A DNA stretch of 64,000 nt, from NCBI GenBank assembly GCA_963804615.1, contig CAWDRA010000007.1, positions 20,191-84,190 of the forward strand, in the 5' to 3' direction. Numbering within the stretch: the stretch's first letter is position 1; each line of letters begins with the position of its first letter. This stretch comes from an uncultured Actinomycetota bacterium (GTDB lineage Bacteria > Actinomycetota > Thermoleophilia > Solirubrobacterales > Solirubrobacteraceae). Of this stretch, positions 41,011-51,281 are shown piece by piece. Position numbers and translations under genes: made by a program. The notes beneath the pieces were generated by a model. It was not told the DNA's origin. It was given only the letters and a program-made list of their open reading frames with translations, and ran no database searches.

Positions 41011-42665
41011 GCGGTCAACCCCAATTCGCCTTCGAAATGGCGGATCAGGCTGCGCATTGGCGCCGGCATCCCGGATCCATGCGCGCACAGCGATCCCAGC
41101 TCGAGCGCCTCCAGCAGCTGCTCGAAACGCTCGCGGTCGACCGCCTCGTGGGTGCTGAACATCTCGTGCGCGCGTCGCAGCCCGATGCGGCAGGGAAAGC
41201 ATTTTCCGCAGCTCTCGTGTGCGCCGAACTCCAGCAGGTGCACCGCCAGTGCGCGTATATCGATGAGGTCGTCGAACGCGACGATGCTGCCGTGCCCGAC
41301 CATGCAGCCCTCCGCGGCGAGCGGATCGAAGTCGAACACCGTGTCGATCAGGCTGGCCGGCAGGATGCCGCCGAGCGGACCGCCGATCTGCAGCGCCTTG
41401 ATGCTGCGGCCGTCACGCAGGCCGCCGGCGACGTCATCACACAGTTGCCGCATCGTCATGCCGAACGGCACCTCATAGACGCTGGGTCGGTTGAAGCGCT
41501 CGTTGAAGCACACGAGCTTGGACCCTGCGGTCTCGGTATCCGGGCTGAGTGAGTGGTAGGCGTCGGCACCTCGGGCCGCGATGAACGCGATGTTGGCGAG
41601 CGTCTCGACGTTGTTGACCACCGTCGGCATCCCAAAGACGCCGCGTTCGGCCGGAAACGGCGGTCGCGCGGATACCGTGCCCCGCAGCCCCTGCAGGCAG
41701 GCCAGGAGCGCCGTCTCCTCACCGACCACATACGAGCCGGCACCTTCGACCACGGTCACGTCGAACTCGAACCCGGAGCCCTGGATGTCGGTGCCGAGCC
41801 AGCCGTCAGCGTGGGCCCGGGCGATCGCGGCGTCGAGCGCAGGCTTTGACAGCGGATACTCCGAGCGGGTCAGCACGAACCCATGCGCGGCTCCGACGGC
41901 ATAGCCCGCAAGCGCAAGACCCTCGAGCAGCAGCGCCGGGTTGCGCTCCATCAGGTACTTGTCGATGTAGGAGCCGGGGTCGCCCTCATCGCCGTTGGCA
42001 ACGATGAACTTCTCCGCGCCCTGCGCCCCGCGGGTGAAGCGCCATTTGACGCCGGCCGGGAAGCCGGCGCCGCCGCGACCGCGGACTTTGGCACGCTCAA
42101 CCTCGTCGAGCAGCCGTTCCGGTCCGAGCTCGTCGAGCGCGCGGCGCAGCCCCGACCAGTCGCCTGGGCGGGTCAGGACCGGCTCATCCAGCAGGCTCTG
42201 CCAATCCGGTTCGCCGGCGGCCCGCTGGCCGCCGGCTAACGTCAGCGCGACCGCGTCCGGACCGGCGCCGATGGTCTCGCCATCCCGGACCGCCGGAGAG
42301 CTGTGGCAGAAGCCGAGACAGACAGTCTCTGCCAGCGAGACCGAGCCGTCTCCGCTGACCTCACCGTATGACAGACCGAGTCCGGCGCTGACCTCGTCGA
42401 GGTGAGCGCCGCCGGTGGCGGCGAAGCAGGCGGTGCCGCTGCAGACTCTGACGTGCCGGTCGCCGCGTACGCCCTGAAGGTCGTCATAGAAGCCCGCCAC
42501 GCCATAGACCGTCGCCTCGGGCAGGCCCGTCTGCTCGGCGGCTCGCCGGATGTCCTCGTCCGTGACCTCACGGTGCTCCTCGACCGCCTGCTTGAGCACG
42601 TCAAGCGCGGTTGGCGCGTCGGTCAGGTGATGGCGCCTGATCAGCTCGACGAGATTGCGTGACAT
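41007..42665 (-). CDS. NuoE-NuoF-like fused diaphorase subunit (FdsG/FdsB-like)
   Basis: VCSGTAC...CLGFC (2Fe-2S), RGRGGAGFP, NGDEGDPG, YVVGEETAL, ESCGKCFPCR, SLCAHG. Confidence 0.92.
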   Translation of the reverse strand: MSRNLVELIRRHHLTDAPTALDVLKQAVEEHREVTDEDIRRAAEQTGLPEATVYGVAGFYDDLQGVRGDRHVRVCSGTACFAATGGAHLDEVSAGLGLSYGEVSGDGSVSLAETVCLGFCHSSPAVRDGETIGAGPDAVALTLAGGQRAAGEPDWQSLLDEPVLTRPGDWSGLRRALDELGPERLLDEVERAKVRGRGGAGFPAGVKWRFTRGAQGAEKFIVANGDEGDPGSYIDKYLMERNPALLLEGLALAGYAVGAAHGFVLTRSEYPLSKPALDAAIARAHADGWLGTDIQGSGFEFDVTVVEGAGSYVVGEETALLACLQGLRGTVSARPPFPAERGVFGMPTVVNNVETLANIAFIAARGADAYHSLSPDTETAGSKLVCFNERFNRPSVYEVPFGMTMRQLCDDVAGGLRDGRSIKALQIGGPLGGILPASLIDTVFDFDPLAAEGCMVGHGSIVAFDDLIDIRALAVHLLEFGAHESCGKCFPCRIGLRRAHEMFSTHEAVDRERFEQLLEALELGSLCAHGSGMPAPMRSLIRHFEGELGLTA

Positions 42666-42921
42666 TCCACTCCCTAGTGTGGCACGTGCGGTGGCCTGCA
42701 TGCACGTCGCGGGCTTGCGTGCGCCGCGCGGGTCAGCCTTCCACGAGCCGGGTCTTGCGGCGATGCGTCGGGCGGTCAGCTCGGTGTCGGTTGGCTGATG
42801 CAGTCGGATCGTGGGCCCCACCTGACTTCAGCCGCGGTCACTCTGTCGACGTTTGTGCAGATATTCGACATGAACGTAGACAGAGTTCGGTGCGACCCTG
42901 CGGCGCACAACCAAGCGGTTG

Positions 42922-44109
42922 TCAGGCAGTCTGTGCGGTTGCGAGCTGTCTACGTCTGATGGTGAGGCCGAGCAGGGGGAGCGTGAGCACGGAGAGCATC
43001 CCTGCCCCGACGAGTGCAGCGGCGGTGGAGTGTTTGATCTCGTGTGCGCTGACCCCGATGGTCGTAACCGCGACGATGATCGGAAGTCCGGTCGCGGCAA
43101 ACGCTGCGATCGCGAGCCGCTCGGCTGTTCCCGAACCCGGTGGGGCGGCGACCGTGGCGGGTATCCCGCGAATCAGGATGAAAAGGATGAGGAACGCCGG
43201 GACCAGCGCCAGCGTCTCTGGATGATCGAGCAACGCGTTGAGGTCGAACGTGACACCGGTGTTAACGAAGAACACGGGAATCAGGAACCCAAATCCGACC
43301 GCATCGAGCTTGCTCTCCACCGTTTTCACAGCGTCTGCGTCAGCGCGGCGCATGAGCAGGCTGATCACCAGTCCCGCTGCGAACGCGCCGAGCAGCATGT
43401 CCAGCCCAAACGCGGTGGCCAGACCGGCGAGGCACGCAAGCACCAGGATGACGAGGCGGACGGCAAACTGACCGCTGGTGTGCAGCGTCGCCTCGATCAG
43501 GCGGTGAACATGGGCGTGTTCGTAACGCAGGGCGATGTACAGGGACGCGGCGATGATTGCGGTGAAGATGATGAGGATGACCGCCGAGCGTCCGGGGCGT
43601 CTATCGCTTAGAAAGAGGGCCACGGCGATCAGGGGACCGAACTCACCGACGGCGCCGATCGCGAGCACGGCGTTCCCGAAGCGTGTGGACAATTCGCCCG
43701 CGTCGCGGAGCACCGGCATGATCGTCCCCATGGCGGTGCTGGTCAGGCAGATTCCGACGAGGATGCCGGCGGTGACGGTCGGCGCCAACGAGATGCCACA
43801 GACTGTTGCTGCGGCAAGGGAACAGAGCCAGCCGATCGCTGCAAGTCGCAGTGACCGGCCGCGAATCCGCTCGAAATCCAGCTCGTAACCGGCGAGCAGG
43901 AACAGCATCGCCAGGCCAAGTGTGCCGAGGAACTGCAGGTCCGGGTCCGCCTTCACCCAGCCCGTCACATCAGGGCCGAGCAGAATCCCGAGGCCGATCT
44001 CGAAGGCAACCAGCGGTACCCGGACCCAGCGCGAGATGTAATCCGCGAGCAGCGGCGCAGCCGCGATCGCGGCTGCGACCAGAACAAGATCGCGAGCCTG
44101 CACCCCCAT
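42922..44109 (-). CDS. CPA2 cation:proton antiporter
   Basis: LFLLAGYELD, STAMGTIMPVLRD, GEFGP, LGAFAAG, PVFFV.TG. Confidence 0.9.
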   Translation of the reverse strand: MGVQARDLVLVAAAIAAAPLLADYISRWVRVPLVAFEIGLGILLGPDVTGWVKADPDLQFLGTLGLAMLFLLAGYELDFERIRGRSLRLAAIGWLCSLAAATVCGISLAPTVTAGILVGICLTSTAMGTIMPVLRDAGELSTRFGNAVLAIGAVGEFGPLIAVALFLSDRRPGRSAVILIIFTAIIAASLYIALRYEHAHVHRLIEATLHTSGQFAVRLVILVLACLAGLATAFGLDMLLGAFAAGLVISLLMRRADADAVKTVESKLDAVGFGFLIPVFFVNTGVTFDLNALLDHPETLALVPAFLILFILIRGIPATVAAPPGSGTAERLAIAAFAATGLPIIVAVTTIGVSAHEIKHSTAAALVGAGMLSVLTLPLLGLTIRRRQLATAQTA

Positions 44110-44241
44110 CGGCCTGATCCTGTCACAACGGCTCTGACAGTTGCTCGCGTGAGCTTCACGGGCACACACCGCTCGCTGTCGCTCGGCTGCTGCTCGATAT
44201 GGTGTGACCGGTCCTGATGAGATCAAGCCCGCGAGTCTGAG

Positions 44242-44988
44242 ATGACCTACTGCTTGGCGATGCGCCTGAAGGAGGGGTTGGTCTTCCTCTCGGACACCCG
44301 TACCAATGCCGGTGTGGACAACGTCGGGACCTACCGCAAGCAGCACGTCATTGCTCCTGGCCCCAGGCGGCTATTCGTGATCGAGTCCGCCGGGAACCTG
44401 GCGACAACGCAGGAGGTGCTCGACCGGATCCGTCGAGACCTCGAGATGTCTGGCGAGGTCGAGAGCCTGACCTCTGTCAACTATCTCTTCGAAGCTGCCC
44501 TGTATTTGGGCCGCCTCAGCCGTGACGTCGTCGCCACACACCGCGACGCGATGACAGGGATCGACGCGACCGCGACGTTCATTCTCGGAGGCCAGGTCGG
44601 GGATGAGCCGCCCGAGATCCTGCTGGTCTACCCGGAGGGGAATTACATACGCGCCTCTGACGAGCTGCCGTTCCTGCAAATCGGTGAGACGAAGTACGGC
44701 AAGTTCCTGCTCGAGATGGCTGCCACGCTGCATGTCGATGCCGAGACCGCGACAAAGATCGCGCTTGGTTCGATGATGAGCACGGCCAGGGCAAACGTCT
44801 CGGTGGGGCCACCATACGACCTCGCTCTGTACGCCCGAGACAGCTTCCGCGCCGATGAGTACCGGATCGACGCAGACTCACCGGTGCTCACCAAGCTCAG
44901 GGAGACATGGGAGAATCGGTTGCGCGCAAGCTTCACAGAGTTGCCGAGCTTCACACGTGAAGACCTCGATGGTTCTGCGGTGGCCTGA
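44242..44988 (+). CDS. Anbu / proteasome-type Ntn protease
   Basis: MTYC with Thr1 nucleophile, SDTRTNAGVDN, AGNLATTQ, FLQIGETKYGK, N.SVGPP. Confidence 0.9.
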   Translation: MTYCLAMRLKEGLVFLSDTRTNAGVDNVGTYRKQHVIAPGPRRLFVIESAGNLATTQEVLDRIRRDLEMSGEVESLTSVNYLFEAALYLGRLSRDVVATHRDAMTGIDATATFILGGQVGDEPPEILLVYPEGNYIRASDELPFLQIGETKYGKFLLEMAATLHVDAETATKIALGSMMSTARANVSVGPPYDLALYARDSFRADEYRIDADSPVLTKLRETWENRLRASFTELPSFTREDLDGSAVA

Positions 44989-45039
44989 ACGGCTCTGACG
45001 AGCCCGCGAGTTACCGGGCGCCGGCATCGTCAGGTCCAT

Positions 45040-45900
45040 TCACTGACGGGTCGACGGTGGCTGCGCCGATTCGTTCTGCTGCTGTTTCTCGGCCTCGGTG
45101 TAGAGGGCGCCCTGGGCCGCGGTCGAGCCGGACATGCCGCCGCCGGCGCCACGGAGCACGAACGCGACAATAACCGCAACTGCAGCACCCGCGATCGGCC
45201 CTGCGATGTAGACCCAGTAGTCGGTGAACTTCCCACCGACGAGGTCGGGGCCGAACGTGCGGGCAGGGTTCATCGATGCTCCGGAGATGGGGCTGCCCCA
45301 GAGCCCCGCAAGCGCGATATAGGCTCCGACCCCGAGCGCGGCGATGATGCCGATGTTCTGCGCGCCCGAAGCCGTCCCCAGGATCACGCTGACCAATCCG
45401 AAGGTCAGGAGCATCTCCATCCAGAAGCCTGCGCCCGCGCTGTAGGTCGACGCGACGTAGTTCGAACCGTGAACGGCCGATACGTTGATCACCGCGTGCA
45501 GTACCAGCGCCGCCAGCGTCGCGCCGATCAGCTGGACGATGATGTACCCCGGAACCCGCCGCCACGGGAAGTCTCGGCGCAGGGCAAACGCGATGCTCAC
45601 CGCCGGGTTCAGGTGAGCACCGGAGACCCTGCCCATGAACATGATGATTCCCATCACCATCAACCCTGGCGCGACCACGGCCGCGGTACGACTGATCGTG
45701 CCCGGAAACGCCGCTCCCATCATCCCACCGCCGGCCGCGACCGTTACCAGGAGGAACGTCCCCAGCAGTTCCGAGAACAGTCGGCGCCACTCCTGATTCG
45801 GATTCTTGAAGTCCGCAATCGGTTGGATGACGTCCTGTTGGAGCTCCGCGGATATCCAGCCCGCGACGCCTGCATTTCCGCCAGCGACCTGGTCAGACAC
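45040..45900 (-). CDS. MIP/aquaporin family channel
   Basis: SGAHLNPAVS and GASMNPART. Confidence 0.95.
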   Translation of the reverse strand: MSDQVAGGNAGVAGWISAELQQDVIQPIADFKNPNQEWRRLFSELLGTFLLVTVAAGGGMMGAAFPGTISRTAAVVAPGLMVMGIIMFMGRVSGAHLNPAVSIAFALRRDFPWRRVPGYIIVQLIGATLAALVLHAVINVSAVHGSNYVASTYSAGAGFWMEMLLTFGLVSVILGTASGAQNIGIIAALGVGAYIALAGLWGSPISGASMNPARTFGPDLVGGKFTDYWVYIAGPIAGAAVAVIVAFVLRGAGGGMSGSTAAQGALYTEAEKQQQNESAQPPSTRQ

Positions 45901-46059
45901 TAAACACCACCTCCACTCGACGATTCCGGTCGGTTGTCAGGGCAGATTCGGCTTCAGCGCAGAGGTCCCGACACCGCCTAGCGCCGGGAAGCCTAACGTC
46001 TGCCGAGGCGGGTTGAAGAATGGCGGTGAGCATCCGGGGTGGAGGGCGTGTCGGCGCTG

Positions 46060-46575
46060 CTACCCGGCCATTCCTTTTTGGGCGTCCTCAAGGGCCGCCT
46101 TCAGCGCCGTTGCGCCGCCGCCGTCAACCTGCGCGACGGATTTCCGGACGGCGTTGCTGAGCGTTGTGTCGACCGTGTCGGTCTTCATGCGGTCGTAGAT
46201 GGCTACGACGCCGGCTGAGCCCGGTGGCAGTGCTGCACCCATCTTCGCCTCGAGTCCGCTCTCGATCTTGTGTTTCGCGAACTTGCCCGTGAGTCCGCCA
46301 ACTGCGCCACCCACGACGGTCGCTGCGAGGAGGGGTGGGGAGAACAGGCCGACGACCAATCCGACCCCTCCGCCGATCTTTACGCCTTTGCGGCCGAGGT
46401 GATCGCCGGTTTCCTGAACGGTGGCTGTTCCGTCTGCGTCGACGTTGACTATCACGATGCCCTCGACTTCGAGCTGCTTGTCTTCGACGAGCTTCACGAG
46501 CGCGTCGAAGTCCTTCTGCGCCAGGTCAGGGATTAGGTACGCCGCGATTACGACGTCGAATTCGGTGTCGCTCAT
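46060..46575 (-). CDS. DUF1269 domain protein
   Basis: Glycine-zipper GGGVGLVVGLF..PLLA..VVGGAVG, LPPGSAG. Confidence 0.85.
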   Translation of the reverse strand: MSDTEFDVVIAAYLIPDLAQKDFDALVKLVEDKQLEVEGIVIVNVDADGTATVQETGDHLGRKGVKIGGGVGLVVGLFSPPLLAATVVGGAVGGLTGKFAKHKIESGLEAKMGAALPPGSAGVVAIYDRMKTDTVDTTLSNAVRKSVAQVDGGGATALKAALEDAQKGMAG

Positions 46576-46595
46576 GGTGTCTCTTTCGACCTGGG

Positions 46596-49008
46596 TTAGC
46601 CGCTGATGCCGCGCGCGGTGTCTACCTGTGCGGCGTGTGCGTGTAGGGCTTTTTCTTGATCGTCGTCGGGGTGTGGCGCGATGTCGAACACGACCTTCTT
46701 GACCGTGCCGGTGAACGCGAACGGCGCCTTGTCCGCATAGCTTCGATCGACCACCAAGCCGTTGTCCCGACCGACGTCCATGCCTGCGTATCCGCTGAAG
46801 ATGAACGGCACGGAGTGTTCGATCCGCCCATTGCCGACGGGTGTGCCGTTGACGAACAGGGTCACGTTTCCTGGTGTTGCGGGCTTGGCCTCGTCTGCCT
46901 GGAACTCCATTCTCACCTTCACATCCCCGGTCGGCAGCTGCCCCTCGGATTCCTGCTTGTATTCGAACACACCGAGGAATGCGTAGGTGTGCTTCAGCTT
47001 CCCGTCCTGAACGAACAGGGAGAAGCCTCCGAGATGGCTTGCCTCGGCAACGATCACGCCCTCAGCGCCCTCTTCGGGGATGTGGAGGTCAGCACTGATT
47101 GTGTAGGAATGGTTGTAGATCCGAGGCACCGCGCCTGGAGCGATGTTCTCGACGCTACCGTGGTAGGTGGTCTTAGCGTTCTGACCCATCGGGGGCACCA
47201 CACCGAAGAACGCGGAGAAGCCCGCCAGCAGCGGCTTGACGTGGTAGCGCTCGGCTTCCTCCCAGAAGAGTTTCCGTAGCTCATCAACCTTCTCAGGGTG
47301 GCTTCCGGACAGATCCGTCGCCTGCGAGAAGTCGTCTGGGAGGTAGTACAGCTCGACGGGGTCCTCGTCCGGCTTCCAAACCCCAGGCGCGAACTGTCTT
47401 GAGCACCTCGGCGCTGAGCTTCCAGGGAATCCGCGGCATCCTCATCGCCAGCCACCAGCCGTCCTTGTACATCGCGCGGTTTCCGTAGTTCTCGAAGTAC
47501 TGCTGCGTGTGATGTTCCGGAACGGCCGCGTCTGCCAGCGAGTCCGCGAACGTCGCACCGGTCATCGGCTGCTGCTCGACGCCATCAACATGAGTCGGCT
47601 GCGGGATCCCGACCATGTCGAGAATCGTCGGTCCGATGTCGGTGACGTGCGTGAACTGCGACCGCAGCCCGCCGCTGTCGTTGATGCGCTGCGGGCAACG
47701 CACGACCAGCGGGTTGCGGGTGCCACCGAGATGCGACGCGATCTGCTTGCCCCAGCGGAATGGCGTGTTACTCGCCCACGCCCAAGCAGACGAATAATGC
47801 GGGTACATCATCTCGGTACCCCACGCCTCGAACCCGCCCCACTTCAGCGTCAGCTGCATCTGCTCGCTATCGGTCAGCGGCAGGCCGTTGAGCATCGTGC
47901 CCTCGTTGAACGTGCCCGTAGGGGTGCCTTCGAGGCTCGCGCCGTTGTCGCCCCAGATCCAGATCACGATCGTGTTATCGAGCTCGCCCATCGCCTCGAT
48001 CGAGTCCAGGAGCCGGCCGACGTGATGATCGGCGTTCTCCGAATAGCCCGCGTAGACCTCCATCTGGCGCGCGCAGACACGCGCTTGCTGTTCTCATCCA
48101 GCGAGTCCCACGCCGGCATCGAGTCATCGCGTGGCGTCAGGATCGCGTCTTCAGGGACGACGCCGAGCTTCTTCTGACGCTCGAACGTCTCCTCACGCAG
48201 CTTATCCCAGCCCTGGTCGAACTTCCCTTGTACTTGTCTGCCCACTCCTTCGCAGACGTGGTGCGGGGCATGACTACAACCCGTCGAGTAGTACGAGCAT
48301 CCACGGCTTCTCGGAGTCGTGACCACGAACGCCATGCAACCAGTCAATCGCCTGATCAGTCATCGCCTCAGGGAAATAGAACGGCTTGCCGCCTTTGCCG
48401 TCCTGGACCCCGATGAACCGCTGATTCTCGGCGATCATCGTGTCGAACTGGCTGGCCTCTGGGGCCAGAAAGCCCCAGTAATAATCAAAACCCCACGCGT
48501 TCGGCCAATGATCGAAACGGACCGGCCGGGCCCTGCTCCTTCTCCGGCGTGAGATGCCACTTCCCGATCGCCGCGGTCGAATACCCGTTCTCCTTCAGCA
48601 CCTTCGGGAACGGTGCCGCGTCCTTCGGCAACATCGACGAATACCCTCGGAAGCCACCCGAGGTCTCCGGGATGCCGCCCATGCCGACCGCATGATGGTT
48701 CCGTCCAGTCAGCAGCGCCGCCCTCGTGGGCGAGCACATCGCCGTCACGTGAAAGCGGTTGTAACGCAGACCCTCGTCAGCGATCCGATCGTAGTTCGGG
48801 GTGCTGATCGGCCCCCCGAACGCCGCAGGATTGCCGAACCCCGCATCATCGATCAGACCACCAGCACGTTGGGGGCGCCCTCAGGTGGCCTCACATGACC
48901 GATCTGGCCCCAATCCGGCTGTGATCCGGCAAGCGTCTCGCTCGCCACACCTGCGAATGGTGCGCGCTGGATCGGAAGTTTGCTGCGGTCTACGGTCTGG
49001 TCGCTCAC
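46596..49008 (-). CDS. Arylsulfatase (multiple frameshifts)
   Basis: GAPNV...DDAG, MCSPTRAALLTGRNHH (CxPxR), GKWH, GDNGAS, HLGGTRNP, QYFE..GNRAMY, C-terminal lectin-like domain; GTG start overlaps the upstream TGA. Confidence 0.9.
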
Positions 49009-49742
49009 GCGCTGCCTTCCTGTATGTCATTCGTTGGCCTGGGCTCAGCATTTGAATCATCGCGTCCCTCTAGGTTCAGCTGGTTCGCGAGTCCGCCCGC
49101 GAACGCCTGGGCCTGCCCGAGATAATCGGGTTTCAGGTTCGTCGGTGGGATCCTCACGCCGAGGTAGCGGTCGCGGTTCTCGCCCTTTCCGAAGTAGCTG
49201 AGCAACGCCAGCAGGGATCGGATCTGGCCGCCTTCGAACGAGAAATGGATCCCACCCACCCACTGGCCACCGCGCGCCGTGCCCAGCTTGCGCACCGCCC
49301 GCAGATTGAATCCCCAGTACCGGCGGCAGACCACGAACGTCGCGAATCGCTTGCCATTGAGGATTCGGCCTGCCGCCTCAGATTTCAGGTACGAGCGGAT
49401 CGGCAGACTCGTCCTGATCCACCAGGTCGGCGACCCTATGACCACAAGGTCATAGGGACCGTCCCTCGCGGCAGCAGGAATCTCAAGTTGCCCCGTTGCG
49501 CCGCGCACCTGCGCCGGCATCATCCCGATGATGTCCAGGTACGGACGCTTCAGCGGGAACCGCGTGAACCTCTCCGCATAGCGGGAGTCGGTCAGCTCGA
49601 TACGGGCCAGCTCCACGATGGCGCCACGCTCGCGCCAAACCGCCGCCATCGCCTCCGCCACCTTGGCACTCTGTTGCGTGTACGTGAAAAAGACGACCAG
49701 CACCTGAGGTGCTGTCCGAGCACCACTATCGTCCGCACCCAT
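49005..49742 (-). CDS. Flavodoxin-like protein
   Basis: VFFTYTQQS, YDLVVIGSPTWW, FVVCRRYW. Confidence 0.75.
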   Translation of the reverse strand: MGADDSGARTAPQVLVVFFTYTQQSAKVAEAMAAVWRERGAIVELARIELTDSRYAERFTRFPLKRPYLDIIGMMPAQVRGATGQLEIPAAARDGPYDLVVIGSPTWWIRTSLPIRSYLKSEAAGRILNGKRFATFVVCRRYWGFNLRAVRKLGTARGGQWVGGIHFSFEGGQIRSLLALLSYFGKGENRDRYLGVRIPPTNLKPDYLGQAQAFAGGLANQLNLEGRDDSNAEPRPTNDIQEGSA

Positions 49743-50035
49743 CCGTCGCCTCGCTCTCAGCGGCGAACGGGTAGCCGTGCCGCTACACAGACACTACACG
49801 GGCGCGGTCGCGGTGCATCACCCCGAATGATGAGGCTGATTCTGGTAAATCTGGGCCGATCCGCCATAGCCAACCTGGCTGATCCTCGGCGCATCTTCGC
49901 GATGCCCAATGTGCGACTTTCGGTCGACGCCTGTTCGGGTCTGACTCAGGCATGGCCAAGGACCTTGATGCGGTCCCAGCGAGTCGCCGTCAGTGCTGCC
50001 GGCGCCGAGTCGCTGCGGGTTCGAAATCGCCGCCG

Positions 50036-50200
50036 GTTACGAGGTCCTGGGAAAGCTCATTCCATAGCGTTGCGCCAGGGCCTTGACTGCGGTCATGTCG
50101 CTCTGGTTCACCGTGTCGATGTCGTTGAAGAACCCGGCGTCATCACCGGGCGTGTAGATGGACAGCAGCCGAGCGTGGACAGCAGCCGAGCGCCCTCGCT
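50036..50200 (-). pseudogene. Possible cupin C-terminal remnant
   Basis: ARLLSIYTPGDDAGFFNDIDTVNQSDMTAVKALAQRYGMSF; a 17-bp tandem duplication sits at its 5' edge; no start codon. Confidence 0.4.
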
Positions 50201-50495
50201 CGTGGCTATGGCCACCGCTCGGTCAGTTCTGAGAACCATCATCGAGGGCAGGTAGCACCTCGCGAAGATCAAGCAAGAGCCAGACGCTCGACCCGGATGC
50301 TCGGCGGCCGACCAGCAGGCGATCGCGGCAACGGAACACACCATCCGCGCCTAACCCTGGACTATCGTGTAACGGATTGAAGGCATCCGGTGACCACAGT
50401 CTTGGACATGGTGGTGGTGGTTTTGACATTCCCTATGACCGTTGACTCTGCAACGGCGGATCGTCGATCGTTCTACGGCGCGATCGAATGCGCGG

Positions 50496-51275
50496 ATGAC
50501 TGAGCAACAGCCCTTCTCTCCTGATGGACCATCCGGCGAAGGTCCGGGTAGGCGGCCCGACGCAGCCCGAGAGGGCGAGACGACGGGGGAGACCTGGAGC
50601 AAGCCAATCGGCAGGCGCACCGTTCTCTCTGTACTCGGGCTCGGTGCGCTCGGCACCCTGTTCGGGTCGCACGTGCAGGCGGGCATCTCCAGCGTGCTCA
50701 ACTCGCTGCACGCGAGCAGCGTCGCGAGCCTTCTGCCAGGGGGCGGTCAGTTCACGCTCTACACGATCACCGGCGGATACCCGGCTGCTCCCGCCGATTA
50801 CAGGGTGCGTGTCGACGGCCTCGTCCAGCGTCCGCTCTCGCTCACTGTCGCTGACCTTCGGCTGCTTCCTGCGACGCGGATGACCCGCGATTTCCAATGC
50901 GTCACAGGATGGGAGGTGACCGACGTCCATTGGGTCGGGGTACGCCTCGTAGACCTGGCCGAGCGTGCGGGCGCCGATCCGGCGGCAACAGCGTTCAAGC
51001 TCACGTCGTTCGATGGCATGTACACCGAGAGTCTCACGATTGAGCAGGCCCATCAAACGGGGGCGATCGTCGCCTACTCGATGCTGAATGCACCAGTGAC
51101 CCGTGAACACGGTGGTCCGGTTCGCCTCTATGTGCCTCTGATGTTTGGTTACAAGTCGATCAAGTGGCTCTCTCGGATCGAGCTCGTATCTCACGCCGAG
51201 CCTGGCTACTGGGAGCAGAACGGCTATCCGGTGAACGCCTGGATCAGCGGATCTCCGCCGACGCAGCCTGTTTGA
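50496..51275 (+). CDS. Sulfite oxidase/MsrP-like molybdopterin oxidoreductase
   Basis: Tat-like GRRTVL, DFQCVTGW, HGGPVRL..P..GYKSIKWL, GYWEQNGY. Confidence 0.9.
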   Translation: MTEQQPFSPDGPSGEGPGRRPDAAREGETTGETWSKPIGRRTVLSVLGLGALGTLFGSHVQAGISSVLNSLHASSVASLLPGGGQFTLYTITGGYPAAPADYRVRVDGLVQRPLSLTVADLRLLPATRMTRDFQCVTGWEVTDVHWVGVRLVDLAERAGADPAATAFKLTSFDGMYTESLTIEQAHQTGAIVAYSMLNAPVTREHGGPVRLYVPLMFGYKSIKWLSRIELVSHAEPGYWEQNGYPVNAWISGSPPTQPV

Positions 51276-51281
51276 GCGAAG

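Noticed and set aside
44110-44140. PafBC (RecA-NDp) promoter
   Set aside because: TGTCAG is present but the TAnnnT at the required 10-nt spacing is not
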